Source: an uncultured delta proteobacterium (GTDB lineage Bacteria > Desulfobacterota > Desulfobacteria > Desulfobacterales > JAHEIW01). Taken from it: a stretch of DNA of 64,000 nucleotides. The position numbers were made by a program, and so were the translations under genes. Under the pieces are notes generated by a model. The model did no database searches. It saw nothing but the letters and a program-made list of their open reading frames with translations, and was not told the origin of the DNA. The DNA lies in NCBI GenBank assembly GCA_963706575.1, contig CAVPNL010000002.1, positions 114,022 through 178,021 of the forward strand, read 5' to 3'. Positions 1-10,309 of the stretch are shown piece by piece. The first letter of the stretch is position 1. Every line of letters starts with the position of its first letter.

Positions 1-83
1 AATGCCTAAAGTGACTAAAGTGAGCTAAAATGCCTAAAGTTTAGGAATTCTGTCATTTAAAATAGTCGGAGCGTAGCGATACC
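1..83. repeat. Family-A micro-repeat palindromic element, left arm plus core only (copy 1)
   Basis: Tandem 9-10-mers AATGCCTAA/AGTGACTAA/AGTGAGCTAA, then the core GAATTCTGTCATTT...GGAGCGTAGCGATACC; related sequence at 10310-10438 and 49934-50057. Confidence 0.8.
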
Positions 84-84
84 T

Positions 85-1959
85 TTGATCGATCAGAATA
101 CAATAAAAAATCTTCGCAAAAATGGCCTGCTAAGCGAGATCGATATTCATTTTGCTAGATTTATCAGCGACTTTTCAGCGGATAAAGATCCGGACATATT
201 TTTGGCCGCTGCCCTGGTCAGCCATGCAACCGGTACGGGTGATATCTGTTTTAATTTGGAAATTGCAGCCGGCCATTTGCTCACCGGTACGAAGGACTTC
301 AAGAAACCGATCGAATGCCCCGATCTTGATGTCTGGCTTGAAAAACTGTCAACCAGTCCGGCTGTCGGGCAGCCGGGTGAAAACTGCCCATTAATCCTGG
401 ATGATAAAAACCGGCTCTATCTGCACCGCTACTGGGATTACGAGAATTCCCTTTCAAAATCGATCAAAAAACGGGTTTACAGCCCGGTGACTGGCCTGGA
501 TTTTAAACAGCTAAAGCAGACTCTGGATCGGTTGTTTCCCGGCGCTGACTCTCAGGAACTGAACTGGCAAAAAATTGCGGCTGCGGTTGCCAGTTTAAAA
601 CATTTCAGTGTTATAACCGGCGGACCCGGTACCGGAAAAACATTTACCGTCACCAGGATCCTGGCACTGTTGCTGGAGCAGGTGGCCGGGCAAAAGATGC
701 AAATTTATCTGGCTGCTCCAACCGGAAAAGCAGCCGCCCGCCTAAAAGAGGCCGTTGAAGAGGCTAAAAGTCGGATGAATTGCGAGGATTCAGTCAAAGT
801 CGCGATCCCTTCAGAAGTATTCACCATTCACCGCATGCTCAAGTCCATAACAGGCTCGCCGTATTTCCGCCATAATCGTGAGAATCCTTTGATGGCGGAT
901 GTGGTGGTGGTTGATGAAGCCTCGATGGTCGATCTGGCCCTAATGGCCAAATTACTCGAGGCAGTCTCCGAAAATGCGCGTCTGATCCTAATCGGGGACA
1001 AGGACCAGCTGGCCTCCGTGGAGGCGGGTTCGGTTTTAGGTGATATCTGCGACCGGAATGTGATGCATGGTTTTTCAGCGCCGTTTATGAATCGCATCAA
1101 AGAAGTCACCGGTGAAGACCTTGAACATCGAGAACATGGCGTTCAAACGACGGGTGCCCAATCAGGGTTGCAGGACGCCGTTGTCGTGCTGCAAAAAAGC
1201 TACCGCTTTGCCGTCGGCAGCGGAATTGGCGATTTAAGCCGCGCGGTCAACCGTGCGGACACAGAAACTGCATTCCAGCTGCTGGCCGATGAAAATGACA
1301 AATCCATCACCTGGCAAGCCCTCAAAGCCGACGAAGGCCTGTTTGAAAATCTATCCCGCCAAATTGTATCCGGTTATCAATCCTATCTGAAAGCCGGTGA
1401 CCCGGCTTCAGCCTTGAAGCGCCTGCAGCGCTTTAAAATCCTGTGCGCCTTGAATATCGGGCCGTTGGGTGTTCAGGCCATCAATAGACTGGCGGAGCAG
1501 GTATTACGCCGGCAGAACCTGATACAGACGCATCCGACGACAGAAAATCCGTGGTATGCCGGTCGACCCGTTTTAATCACGCGCAACCATTACCCGCTGG
1601 GGCTGTTCAATGGCGACATCGGTGTCACCCTGCCGGATGCTGAAGCTGACGATCAATTGGCTGTTTTTTTTGCGGGTGATAGCGGAGAAGTCCGCCGTTT
1701 CCAGCCGTATCAGCTTCCGGAACACTCAACAGTCTATGCCATGACGGTTCATAAAAGCCAGGGCTCCGAATTCGATGAAGTGCTATTCATCCTTCCGGAA
1801 AGAGATTTTCCCATCTTAACCCGCGAACTGATCTACACGGCCCTGACCCGTGCCCGTAAAAAAATCACCATCTGGGGAAACCGCTCGATTATGCGCAAGG
1901 CGATTACCCGTCAAATCGAGCGCACCTCCGGTCTGCGAGATGCATTGTGGGGCGCTTGA
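85..1959 (+). CDS. recD: Exodeoxyribonuclease V subunit alpha (RecD helicase)
   Basis: GGPGTGKT Walker A, APTGKAAARL, VVVDEASMVD, GDKDQLASVEAG, YAMTVHKSQGSEF, ELIYTALTRA; RLYLHRYW N-terminal motif. Confidence 0.95.
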   Translation: MIDQNTIKNLRKNGLLSEIDIHFARFISDFSADKDPDIFLAAALVSHATGTGDICFNLEIAAGHLLTGTKDFKKPIECPDLDVWLEKLSTSPAVGQPGENCPLILDDKNRLYLHRYWDYENSLSKSIKKRVYSPVTGLDFKQLKQTLDRLFPGADSQELNWQKIAAAVASLKHFSVITGGPGTGKTFTVTRILALLLEQVAGQKMQIYLAAPTGKAAARLKEAVEEAKSRMNCEDSVKVAIPSEVFTIHRMLKSITGSPYFRHNRENPLMADVVVVDEASMVDLALMAKLLEAVSENARLILIGDKDQLASVEAGSVLGDICDRNVMHGFSAPFMNRIKEVTGEDLEHREHGVQTTGAQSGLQDAVVVLQKSYRFAVGSGIGDLSRAVNRADTETAFQLLADENDKSITWQALKADEGLFENLSRQIVSGYQSYLKAGDPASALKRLQRFKILCALNIGPLGVQAINRLAEQVLRRQNLIQTHPTTENPWYAGRPVLITRNHYPLGLFNGDIGVTLPDAEADDQLAVFFAGDSGEVRRFQPYQLPEHSTVYAMTVHKSQGSEFDEVLFILPERDFPILTRELIYTALTRARKKITIWGNRSIMRKAITRQIERTSGLRDALWGA

Positions 1960-2010
1960 TGACAGATGTCAGAAGCCAGAGGACGGAAGTCAGAAGACAA
2001 AGGACAGAAA
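1960..2010. repeat. Heptamer tandem micro-repeat (CAGAxGx type), single arm
   Basis: GACAGATGTCAGAAGCCAGAGGACGGAAGTCAGAAGACAAAGGACAGA directly after the recD stop; similar units near 12335, 20118 and 38385-38460. Confidence 0.6.
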
Positions 2011-2082
2011 GAAGCGGGTAGGGGACAGAGACCTTCGTTTTGAGTATCTGTCAAAAATGTGGCTTTAAAAATGAGGCTTGCG

Positions 2083-2559
2083 ATGAAAGCATACGAAAAA
2101 ATTATTGAAAAACTTAATATGACAAAACACGATGAAGGCGGCTACTTTCGCCAGACCTACAAATCCGACTTCATCGTCCAGCCGGAGAAAGAATCATATG
2201 AGAGATCTTCCGCTACACACATTTACTATTTTTTATCGAGGGGGATGTATAGTAAATTCCATAAAGTTAAACACGATGAAATTTGGAATTTGTATGACGG
2301 CGAGGGCGTGAAACTTCATGTATATGATGATCAGAACAAAAAAGTGGATGAGCAAATTCTGTCCAAAAGTCATTTTAAGTTCCACGCCGTCGTGCAAGGC
2401 GATTTATGGCAGGCAGCCGAGCCTATCGGTGATTTTGTCCTGGTGGGCTGTACGGTAGCACCCGGCTGGGAATTGGAAGATGAAGCATATTTAAGCGACC
2501 ACCCGGAAATGATGGACAAGCTTGTTAAGCTAAGACCGGATCTAGAGCGACTTATTTAG
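2083..2559 (+). CDS. Cupin-domain protein, DUF985/cupin_5 type
   Basis: HDEGGYFRQTY, THIYYFL, SKFHKVKHDEIW, WQAAE, LVGCTVAPGW; start moved to ATG 2083. Confidence 0.85.
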   Translation: MKAYEKIIEKLNMTKHDEGGYFRQTYKSDFIVQPEKESYERSSATHIYYFLSRGMYSKFHKVKHDEIWNLYDGEGVKLHVYDDQNKKVDEQILSKSHFKFHAVVQGDLWQAAEPIGDFVLVGCTVAPGWELEDEAYLSDHPEMMDKLVKLRPDLERLI

Positions 2560-2592
2560 AATTACTTCTTATCACTTCAAAAAGGGGATAAC

Positions 2593-3093
2593 ATGAAGAA
2601 GCTAAGCAGCAAAGGACTGAAATGGTTAAAAAGCCTCCATATTTACTCGGGCTGTGTTTGGGTCGGTTGCGCCACCGCGCTCACCATAATGCAGTTGTTT
2701 GTAAATCCTGAGGATGGGAGTGAGCTGTATGGGATTCTCTACACATTGGATTTTATTGATCTGTTTATTCTGGTGCCGGGGGCAATTGGAACGCTTTTGA
2801 CTGCGTTGGTTTACTCTATATGGACCAATTGGGGCTGGTTTAAACACAATTGGATTACCGTTAAATGGATCATCTGTATTTTTGGTATCGCATTCGGCAC
2901 CTTCTGGCTAGGCCCCTGGCTCAGCGATATGGCTCATATTGCTAAAGATCAAGGGCTGAGAGCGTTATCAGATCCTGAATATTTAAGCAATCGACAAAAT
3001 TTAATTATTTTTGGAACATCTCAGGCATTGACTGTCGTTTTTGCAGCCTTTATCTCTACCTTGAAACCGTGGAGGAAAAAGAAGAAAAGGTAA
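2593..3093 (+). CDS. Integral membrane protein, DUF2269-like
   Basis: Four hydrophobic segments; KWLKSLH, WGWFKHNWITVKW and C-terminal KPW; GGGGA RBS. Confidence 0.7.
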   Translation: MKKLSSKGLKWLKSLHIYSGCVWVGCATALTIMQLFVNPEDGSELYGILYTLDFIDLFILVPGAIGTLLTALVYSIWTNWGWFKHNWITVKWIICIFGIAFGTFWLGPWLSDMAHIAKDQGLRALSDPEYLSNRQNLIIFGTSQALTVVFAAFISTLKPWRKKKKR

Positions 3094-3114
3094 ATACATT
3101 TGAGAGGTCGTAGC

Positions 3115-3708
3115 ATGAACGTATATATTCTCTTCGCCCACCCAAGTAAAACCTCCTTCAATCGACAAGTTCTTGAAGCTTTTACACAAGGTCTTCAAGA
3201 TAATGGACATACGTATGATATTAAAGATTTATATGACACAAATTTCCAATCCGATATTGACCTTGATCAATATCTGCGTGAAGTTGGGCTGGATCCTGAT
3301 GCGCCGGTGCCGCATGATGTTAAAATGGAACAGGAAAAAGTAAACCGAGCCGATGTTTTAGCTTTTATTTATCCCGTGTGGTGGAGCGATTGTCCGGCAA
3401 AGCTAAAGGGTTGGTTCGATAGGGTGTGGACCTATGGATATGCCTATCTCTACGATGAAAGCGAGGAAAGGCACACTAAAATTGAAATTGAAAAGGCTAT
3501 AGTAATTTGTTCTGCTGGACACACCGTGGAACATCTTGAAGAAATTGGCATAGCGGAAAGTATGCGTCGTATCATGTTGAATGACCGATTGCTCGGGTTA
3601 GGTGTAAAAAGTGCCAAGATGGAGATTTTAGGGGGAATGATGCCGGGTGATAACACATTTAAAAAGATTAATTTGGAGAAAGCTTATGATCTTGGTAAGA
3701 ATCTATAG
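3115..3708 (+). CDS. NAD(P)H-dependent oxidoreductase, flavodoxin-like fold
   Basis: ILFAHP..SFN, DLY, YPVWWSDCPAKLKGWFDRV; GAGAGG RBS before ATG 3115. Confidence 0.88.
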   Translation: MNVYILFAHPSKTSFNRQVLEAFTQGLQDNGHTYDIKDLYDTNFQSDIDLDQYLREVGLDPDAPVPHDVKMEQEKVNRADVLAFIYPVWWSDCPAKLKGWFDRVWTYGYAYLYDESEERHTKIEIEKAIVICSAGHTVEHLEEIGIAESMRRIMLNDRLLGLGVKSAKMEILGGMMPGDNTFKKINLEKAYDLGKNL

Positions 3709-4109
3709 ATAGCTGAAATGCGCACGTCACAGTTTGCATTTAATTATAATTTTTTTCAAAAAAATATTATCAATTTAAAAGAATGTACATTTCCAACAAA
3801 TCAGAACTTTTAAAAACCGTGAAATTTTTGTGATATATTTGCATATCTGTACTTTCCATATTTTTCAGGTATTCTCAATGTATCAGTACTTTAATTTTGT
3901 TGACACAATATAGTCTCCTATAATAATTAAACTTTAACATTGTGCTCAGATTGAACTCAATCTCACACTCATTGTTGATCTATATAAGATCTCTCCGATC
4001 AAATTGTGCCTACCCATCCCCTACAGGGCATTTATATGTCGTGTTGGGAATTTGTATATGTTTTTACGGTCTATCAAAATTTAATCTAATATATGAAAGG
4101 AGCGGTATC

Positions 4110-4547
4110 ATGAAAAAAACATTGATTTTGATATTTTCGCTTTTCCTTTTATCTTCCCTAAATTGCACAACCACAAAGCAAGAAACCAAGACTTTTGATC
4201 TTTCTGGCACTTGGATACTGACTGAAGATATGAAAGGGTGCGGGGGTCAAAAGAATACTTCGACAGTTGAGATAATTCAAAAAAGTGACACAGTTACAAT
4301 TGTAAATAGTGAAAATAAAAAGACGCTTGGCAAGATATATAGTGACACAATAGTAATTGCAGGAATCAAAACATTAAGTAGTGAGGGCGGGATACCTATC
4401 TCCACAGAAACTCATGATCACCATTTAAAGATAAGCGAGGACGCAAACACTTTAACAGGAAAAGTCAAATTTACATTGGAAAGTGCAAGTACTGGGAACT
4501 GTGATGGTATTACAATTTTAGACTATAAAAAAAAGGCTAAAGAGTAG
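4110..4547 (+). CDS. Putative lipoprotein with beta-rich domain
   Basis: AAGGAG RBS; MKK + hydrophobic stretch + SLNC lipobox-like motif; DLSGTW; AT-rich. Confidence 0.7.
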   Translation: MKKTLILIFSLFLLSSLNCTTTKQETKTFDLSGTWILTEDMKGCGGQKNTSTVEIIQKSDTVTIVNSENKKTLGKIYSDTIVIAGIKTLSSEGGIPISTETHDHHLKISEDANTLTGKVKFTLESASTGNCDGITILDYKKKAKE

Positions 4548-4631
4548 ATCTTCTTGAAATTCAAAAAAAGTTATATATTTAAATCAAAAGAAGTCCTTCA
4601 TTTGTTGATAATGGCTTAAGAAAGACAGGGA

Positions 4632-4745
4632 ATGAAAGCATTAAAAATTGATAAGAACGTTGAACGCAGGATTGAAAAACGACACGCTTGCTCCGAAGCA
4701 ATTTTTTTCGCAACCCAAAGCCGACTCTATGAAGGTCAACTTACC
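4632..4745 (+). pseudogene. Probable truncated PilZ-domain gene remnant
   Basis: ERRIEKR (RxxxR) then IFFATQSRLYEGQL, but the expected D/NxSxxG motif is missing and the frame runs into a convergent small gene. Confidence 0.4.
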
Positions 4746-4789
4746 AAACATATAAAGGATGGCATAGAGTCGGAAAGGCCGGCAGCACA

Positions 4790-4933
4790 TCAACGCCTTC
4801 CGGCGTTTTGTCTCATTCTGCGCATCTCCCATTCCTTGTATTTTTGTTGATCTTCTTCGGATAGATTTTGATTGGAAGCACAGCTCAACAAAAAAAATAA
4901 GGCTGCCATTATAAGCGCAATGAGTTTTTTCAT
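4790..4933 (-). CDS. Small 47-aa lipoprotein, not in the ORF track
   Basis: Hand translation MKKLIALIMAALFFLLSCASNQNLSEEDQQKYKEWEMRRMRQNAGRR*; GGAGGTG RBS 4 nt upstream; LLSC lipobox. Confidence 0.8.
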   Translation of the reverse strand: MKKLIALIMAALFFLLSCASNQNLSEEDQQKYKEWEMRRMRQNAGRR

Positions 4934-4964
4934 TTTTCACCTCCCTAACGTCCGACCCCAAAAA

Positions 4965-5147
4965 TTACCCCCGGCGAGTGCAGGATACGGTTTCGGCCAG
5001 GACAGCATGAATTTCATCCAGAAGGCGACAGGTTTGCATGCATTGCGGAAACAGCGCTCTGTAGTGACAGTTCAAGCAGGGACTCTTAACAAGGGTGCCG
5101 ATTTCAAAATCGAATTGATAGTTTATTTTTTGGGTCATTGGTTTCAT
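4965..5147 (-). CDS. Small cysteine-rich hypothetical protein, about 60 aa
   Basis: FDFEIGTLVKSPCLNC...FPQCMQTC (CxxC and CxxxC); start ATG 5147 or 5138. Confidence 0.6.
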   Translation of the reverse strand: MKPMTQKINYQFDFEIGTLVKSPCLNCHYRALFPQCMQTCRLLDEIHAVLAETVSCTRRG

Positions 5148-5323
5148 TTTCGGTATTACGATCCTTGGCAGTATCCACCATCCATGTTCGAACCATGCCG
5201 GGGCTATGAAAAATTCCAAAGAAGCGGTTTCATACCATAAGCCAGCGTACTGCACAAGCTAAAATTTGGCCTCAAGGTTAGTTTTATAGTTTAGCACTCA
5301 ACATATTATAATTATAAAATAAA

Positions 5324-5350
5324 TTTAGCGTCCTTGCGACTTTGCGTGAG
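5324..5350. repeat. Micro-repeat single arm (CTTTGCG type)
   Basis: TTTAGCGTCCTTGCGACTTTGCGTGAG, similar to the right arm at 37853-37879. Confidence 0.5.
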
Positions 5351-5365
5351 GATTTCGATTCAGTC

Positions 5366-7549
5366 TTATTCATCGCGGCTCAGAAATTTTTGATACTGCA
5401 CCATTTTGGCAAAGGCACGCACAGCACGCTCCGGTGTCGGGAAAAATACACCCTTGAGTTCGTGTTTTTTATGCGGATATACGGTTTGGTGTTTTTCATC
5501 CGGCAGCATACTGACACCAAATACCGGTTTGTCATACTTTTCCATTAAATCAATGATTTGAACGATATAATCCATTTCGAATTTTTTAAAATTTCGGTGA
5601 ATTTCTTCGATAAATTCTTTCGAATAGCTGGGATCTGCCTTTAGCACTGACTCTCCGTGGCTTTTCAGTACCTGCCGGCGCCCGACAAACCCCAGATTGA
5701 TCACTGCATCGCAACCATCCCATTTCAGCAGCATTTCCAAAACCGCCCGGGGCAGGGTCGGATCCCGTTCCCCCACCAGATCAATCGGGTTGGACCGACT
5801 CCAGTAAGGCGGCAGGATTTTATCAATCTCTGCAATTATTTCGGTGGAGAGCTCGGTTACATCGAGGCCGAAATAGGCGCATAGATCGGCGGTAACCACG
5901 CCCCATCCGCCGCCCAGGGTCATTATGGCTGCGCGATTTCCTTTTGGCAGGGGCAAAGATGAAAATGCGGCTCCCAGATCAAGCAGCGCCGTGGGCTGGT
6001 CGACTTTAACAATACCGGACTGTCGACAGACGGCATCAAACACCCGGGTGTCGGAGGTCATCGCTCCGGTGTGGCTGGCCGCTGCCCTTTTACCGGCCTG
6101 GCTTTGACCTCCCTTGAGGAGCACGATCGGCTTTTTTTTACCCACCCGGCGCGCGCTTTCAAAGAATCGCCGTCCGTTTTTGACACTTTCTACATATAAC
6201 ACGGCAGTGCGGGTCAAGTTGTCGACTTCCAGACCGTCCAGGTAATCTTCGATACACATCATGGCCTCATTGCCTGATCCGCAAAACCCGCGAATCCCAA
6301 TGCCTTGCTGCTGGGCAAATGCCAGAAGCTGCACGCCCATATTTCCGGATTGAGAGACCATCGTGGTAGAACCGGCTCTGGGTTTTGCCGGAAAGCCGGT
6401 GCAGTAGAAATTGATATGCGGATTGCAGATGCCCATGGTGTTGGGACCCAGGATTAAAATCCCCGCCTTCCGGGCATCCGCTACCAGTTCGGCTTCCAAT
6501 TTCTTTCCTTCTTCACCCGTTTCACCAAAACCGGAGGTGATCAACAGCATGTTACCGATGCCTTTTTCTTTCATTTGAGGAATCAGATCCAGAACACCGG
6601 CGGCCGGAATGGTCACAACCGCCAGATCAACCGGTTCAGGGATATCACAGACCGTTGCATAGGTTTTACGACCGGCAATGGTGTCTGTTTTGGGATTTAC
6701 CAGAAAAACGTTGCCTTCGTATCCGCCGCTGATGGTATTTACCGTAAGCATGTGTCCCCATTTACCCATTTGGGCCGAGGCACCGATAAATGCAATGGAG
6801 CTGGGATAAAATATGGCACCAATGGCATCCGGTGAAACAGGAGGTGGCAACTTCCCTGTGATTGGCGCCTCACCCGGTATCACCAGGGCGTCCACCGCAC
6901 GCAGGTGGCCATCAGATGAAGCCAGCAGGGGATTGATATCAATCTCGACGATTTCCGGAAGCTCAACGCCGATGCGGGAGAGGCCTTGGAGGGTTTGAAT
7001 GATCTGCTGGCGATGAATCGCCTTTTCGCCGCGATAGTTGCCCAGCAATGCTTGTGCCCTGATTTCGGTCAGCATATCATCTACATCGGCTTCGGTCAGC
7101 GGCGCCAGGCGAAAGGTAACATCTGCCAACGCTTCGGTAAATACGCCGCCGATACCGAACATGACCACCGGTCCAAATTGACGGTCGCGAAACAACCCTG
7201 CGACCAGCTCCCTTTTCCCCTGAATTTGGGGCTGAATCAGAAAGCCTTCCAGGTCATCTCCCGCCGATGCGCTTATAGCTTCTACGGCCTTCTCAACCGC
7301 CCGAGGAGCATTCAGGTTCAGGTGCACCAACCCTCGTTCAGTTTTATGCGCAAGTTCGGCGCCCAGTCCCTTTACCACTACCGGATAACCGAATCTGCCG
7401 GCAGCTTCTACGGCCTCTTGCCCGTCTTGCGCTACCACTTCCTGTACAACCGGCACGCCGAATTCTTCAAGAAGTGCTTTGGCTTCGGACTCATTGATGC
7501 TGTTTTTCGTTTTATTCCGGATATCATCAATCAGTTCTTTTGCGCTCAT
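5366..7549 (-). CDS. ADP-forming acetate/acyl-CoA ligase, ATP-grasp (beta) domain fused N-terminal to the CoA-binding/ligase (alpha) domains
   Basis: HKTERGLV, FGPVVMFGIGG, EIDINPL, then GPNTMG, SQSG, AAASHTGA; GGAG RBS before ATG 7549. Confidence 0.9.
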   Translation of the reverse strand: MSAKELIDDIRNKTKNSINESEAKALLEEFGVPVVQEVVAQDGQEAVEAAGRFGYPVVVKGLGAELAHKTERGLVHLNLNAPRAVEKAVEAISASAGDDLEGFLIQPQIQGKRELVAGLFRDRQFGPVVMFGIGGVFTEALADVTFRLAPLTEADVDDMLTEIRAQALLGNYRGEKAIHRQQIIQTLQGLSRIGVELPEIVEIDINPLLASSDGHLRAVDALVIPGEAPITGKLPPPVSPDAIGAIFYPSSIAFIGASAQMGKWGHMLTVNTISGGYEGNVFLVNPKTDTIAGRKTYATVCDIPEPVDLAVVTIPAAGVLDLIPQMKEKGIGNMLLITSGFGETGEEGKKLEAELVADARKAGILILGPNTMGICNPHINFYCTGFPAKPRAGSTTMVSQSGNMGVQLLAFAQQQGIGIRGFCGSGNEAMMCIEDYLDGLEVDNLTRTAVLYVESVKNGRRFFESARRVGKKKPIVLLKGGQSQAGKRAAASHTGAMTSDTRVFDAVCRQSGIVKVDQPTALLDLGAAFSSLPLPKGNRAAIMTLGGGWGVVTADLCAYFGLDVTELSTEIIAEIDKILPPYWSRSNPIDLVGERDPTLPRAVLEMLLKWDGCDAVINLGFVGRRQVLKSHGESVLKADPSYSKEFIEEIHRNFKKFEMDYIVQIIDLMEKYDKPVFGVSMLPDEKHQTVYPHKKHELKGVFFPTPERAVRAFAKMVQYQKFLSRDE

Positions 7550-7786
7550 TTGCGATCTCCGTAAATATGTATCGATTAAATCATTCAAATATTTAAATAA
7601 TTTTAATACCTTATTTTTAGGCACGAATAAAGGTAAAAAAAGAATGCCAACAGATATACCCGCAAAAAAGGATAGGTCAAGAATAATAAAGAATAATTCG
7701 AGTTTCCTTGCGAAGCGGTTTGTGGTATTCATATAAGTGTTTAATTTTTATTTGATTATTTGATTAACTACAGGAAGGGAACAAAT

Positions 7787-8254
7787 ATGCGGGTCGGAAT
7801 CGGATATGACATTCACCGTCTGGCGGAGGGGCGTCCGCTGATATTGGGCGGTGTGCAAGTTGCGCATGAAAAAGGCTTGCTGGGCCATTCGGATGCCGAT
7901 GTTCTGGTCCACGCCATTTGTGACGCTCTGTTGGGGGCGGCCGGTTTAGGTGATATCGGAGTGCATTTTCCCGATAGCGACCCGCAGTACAAAGATATAT
8001 CCAGTTTAAAGCTCCTGTCTAAGACCTGCCGAATGGTCACCGCCAGGGGGTTTCGTATTGTTAATCTGGATACCATTGTGTTTGCCGAAGCACCCAGATT
8101 GGGATCTCAACGGCAAGACATGCAAGCCAAGATTGCAACAGCCATGAATATCCCAGCGGAACAAATCAATATCAAGGCAACCACCACAGAAGGCCTAGGG
8201 GTGATCGGAAAAGGGGAAGGGATCGGCGCCATGTGTGTCGTCCTGATTGAATAA
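7787..8254 (+). CDS. ispF: 2-C-methyl-D-erythritol 2,4-cyclodiphosphate synthase
   Basis: MRVGIGYDIH, GHSDADV, GDIGVHFPD, KATTTEGLG. Confidence 0.97.
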   Translation: MRVGIGYDIHRLAEGRPLILGGVQVAHEKGLLGHSDADVLVHAICDALLGAAGLGDIGVHFPDSDPQYKDISSLKLLSKTCRMVTARGFRIVNLDTIVFAEAPRLGSQRQDMQAKIATAMNIPAEQINIKATTTEGLGVIGKGEGIGAMCVVLIE

Positions 8255-8303
8255 TGAACGAAAACCCGGATTGTCTTAGCGCAGTTGCTGATTATTTTTA
8301 TTT

Positions 8304-10298
8304 ATGACCGCTTTTAATCTCGTATCCAATTTTGAACCGACCGGCGACCAACCCCAGGCCATTGAAACCCTGAGCCGTTACATAAAGAAAGGGCACCGCA
8401 ACAATGTTCTCTTAGGGGTTACCGGTTCGGGCAAGACATTTACCATCGCCCATGTGATCGCCCGGGTCAACAAGCCAACGCTGGTGCTGGCGCCGAATAA
8501 GACCCTGGCCGCCCAGCTTTATCATGAATTCAAGCAGCTGTTCCCCGACAATGCCGTTGAATATTTTGTCAGCTACTACGATTATTATCAGCCCGAAGCC
8601 TACATCCCATCCACCGACACCTATATCCAGAAAGATTCATCCATCAATGACATGATTGATAAACTGCGCCATTCCGCCACGCGGTCCGTCCTGTCGCGCA
8701 GAGACATTGTGGTTGTGGCCAGCGTTTCATGTATTTTCGGGTTGGGCGCACCCGAAGATTACCTTGCCATGCGGGTGGATATTGAAACGGGCACTGAGCT
8801 CAACCGAGATAAGCTCCTGTATGAACTCATCTCGATGCACTATGAGCGCAACGATATGGATTTCCACAGAGGGGTATTCCGGGTGCGCGGTGACCGGGTA
8901 GAAATTTTTCCAGCCTATGAAGAAGACATAGCCATTCGGATAGATTTTTTCGGGGATCAGGTTGAAGACATTGCGCTAATTAATGCCCTGAGAGGAAAAG
9001 TGCTCAAGCGCTTGAGGCGGGCCACCGTTTTTCCGGCCAGTCATTATGTGACCTCAAGAGTAACCCGCAAACATGCTATCGATACCATAACGGCTGAGCT
9101 CAAAAAGCGCGTCGCATATTTCCGAAATGAAAACAAATTAATTGAAGCCCAGCGCATCGAAGAGCGAACCCATTTTGATATGGAAATGATGCAGGAGCTC
9201 GGTTACTGCCACGGCATTGAAAATTATTCCCGACATCTAACCGGAAGAAAACCCGGTGAACCTCCGCCGACCCTTTTAAGTTATTTTCCCAAAGACTATT
9301 TATTGGTGATTGACGAAAGCCATATTGCCGTCCCCCAGCTACGGGGTATGTATCGGGGCGACCGGTCTCGCAAAAAGACCCTGGTTGAGTATGGATTCCG
9401 CCTGCCTTCCGCACTGGATAACCGTCCGCTTAGATTCGAGGAATCCCAGGAACGCATATCCCAGGTTATATATGTATCGGCCACCCCGGCAGATTATGAG
9501 CTTTCGGAAGGCAGCGATTCATTGGTTGAGCTCATCGTTCGGCCCACCGGGTTGGTTGATCCGGAGGTGGAAGTGCGCAGTGCGCAAAATCAAGTGGACG
9601 ATCTTTATGAAGAGATTTTAGGCCGCCAAAAACGCCATGAGCGGGTCCTGGTAACAACGCTCACCAAACGGATGGCTGAGGATCTGACCGAATATTATTC
9701 CGATCTCGGTATACGCGTCCGTTATCTGCATTCAGACATCAAGACGCTAGAGCGCATGGATATTATCCAGGATCTGCGACGGGGCAAATTTGATGTGCTG
9801 GTTGGCATAAATCTGCTGCGGGAAGGGCTGGACATCCCTGAAGTTTCACTGGTGGCGATTCTGGATGCCGACAAAGAGGGATTTTTGCGGTCGGCACGAT
9901 CTTTGATTCAAACCTTCGGGCGGGCTGCCAGAAACGCCCGCGGAACGGTTCTTTTATATGCGGACTCCGTCACGCGTTCCATGCAACAGGCGCTAGACGA
10001 GACCCAGCGGCGCCGAAAAATCCAGAATGCTCATAATGAAGCGCATGACATCACCCCGGAAACCATTCGCAAAGAAGTGACTCAAATTTTTGATTTCAGA
10101 CAAGAAGTTGAGACAGCGTCTCCCTATGAAGTGGCTGAAGATTTGACTCAATACAAATCACTGGACGATGTTGATGATATGATAAAATCTCTGGACTCTG
10201 AAATGCGGGCAGCAGCCAAGGCGCTGGAGTTTGAGCGCGCGGCCGAGCTTCGTGATCAGATCAAGCGGCTGAAGAAGCTGATTGTGTTCGAATTTTGA
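8304..10298 (+). CDS. uvrB: Excinuclease ABC subunit B
   Basis: [42 protein letters not shown]-terminal UVR domain. Confidence 0.98.
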   Translation: MTAFNLVSNFEPTGDQPQAIETLSRYIKKGHRNNVLLGVTGSGKTFTIAHVIARVNKPTLVLAPNKTLAAQLYHEFKQLFPDNAVEYFVSYYDYYQPEAYIPSTDTYIQKDSSINDMIDKLRHSATRSVLSRRDIVVVASVSCIFGLGAPEDYLAMRVDIETGTELNRDKLLYELISMHYERNDMDFHRGVFRVRGDRVEIFPAYEEDIAIRIDFFGDQVEDIALINALRGKVLKRLRRATVFPASHYVTSRVTRKHAIDTITAELKKRVAYFRNENKLIEAQRIEERTHFDMEMMQELGYCHGIENYSRHLTGRKPGEPPPTLLSYFPKDYLLVIDESHIAVPQLRGMYRGDRSRKKTLVEYGFRLPSALDNRPLRFEESQERISQVIYVSATPADYELSEGSDSLVELIVRPTGLVDPEVEVRSAQNQVDDLYEEILGRQKRHERVLVTTLTKRMAEDLTEYYSDLGIRVRYLHSDIKTLERMDIIQDLRRGKFDVLVGINLLREGLDIPEVSLVAILDADKEGFLRSARSLIQTFGRAARNARGTVLLYADSVTRSMQQALDETQRRRKIQNAHNEAHDITPETIRKEVTQIFDFRQEVETASPYEVAEDLTQYKSLDDVDDMIKSLDSEMRAAAKALEFERAAELRDQIKRLKKLIVFEF

Positions 10299-10309
10299 AC
10301 TTTAAAACT

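Noticed and set aside
3942..4109. Extended start of the lipoprotein ORF
   Set aside because: The RBS and signal peptide begin at ATG 4110.
7550..7732. N-terminal extension of the acyl-CoA ligase ORF
   Set aside because: AT-rich divergent promoter region; an RBS precedes ATG 7549.
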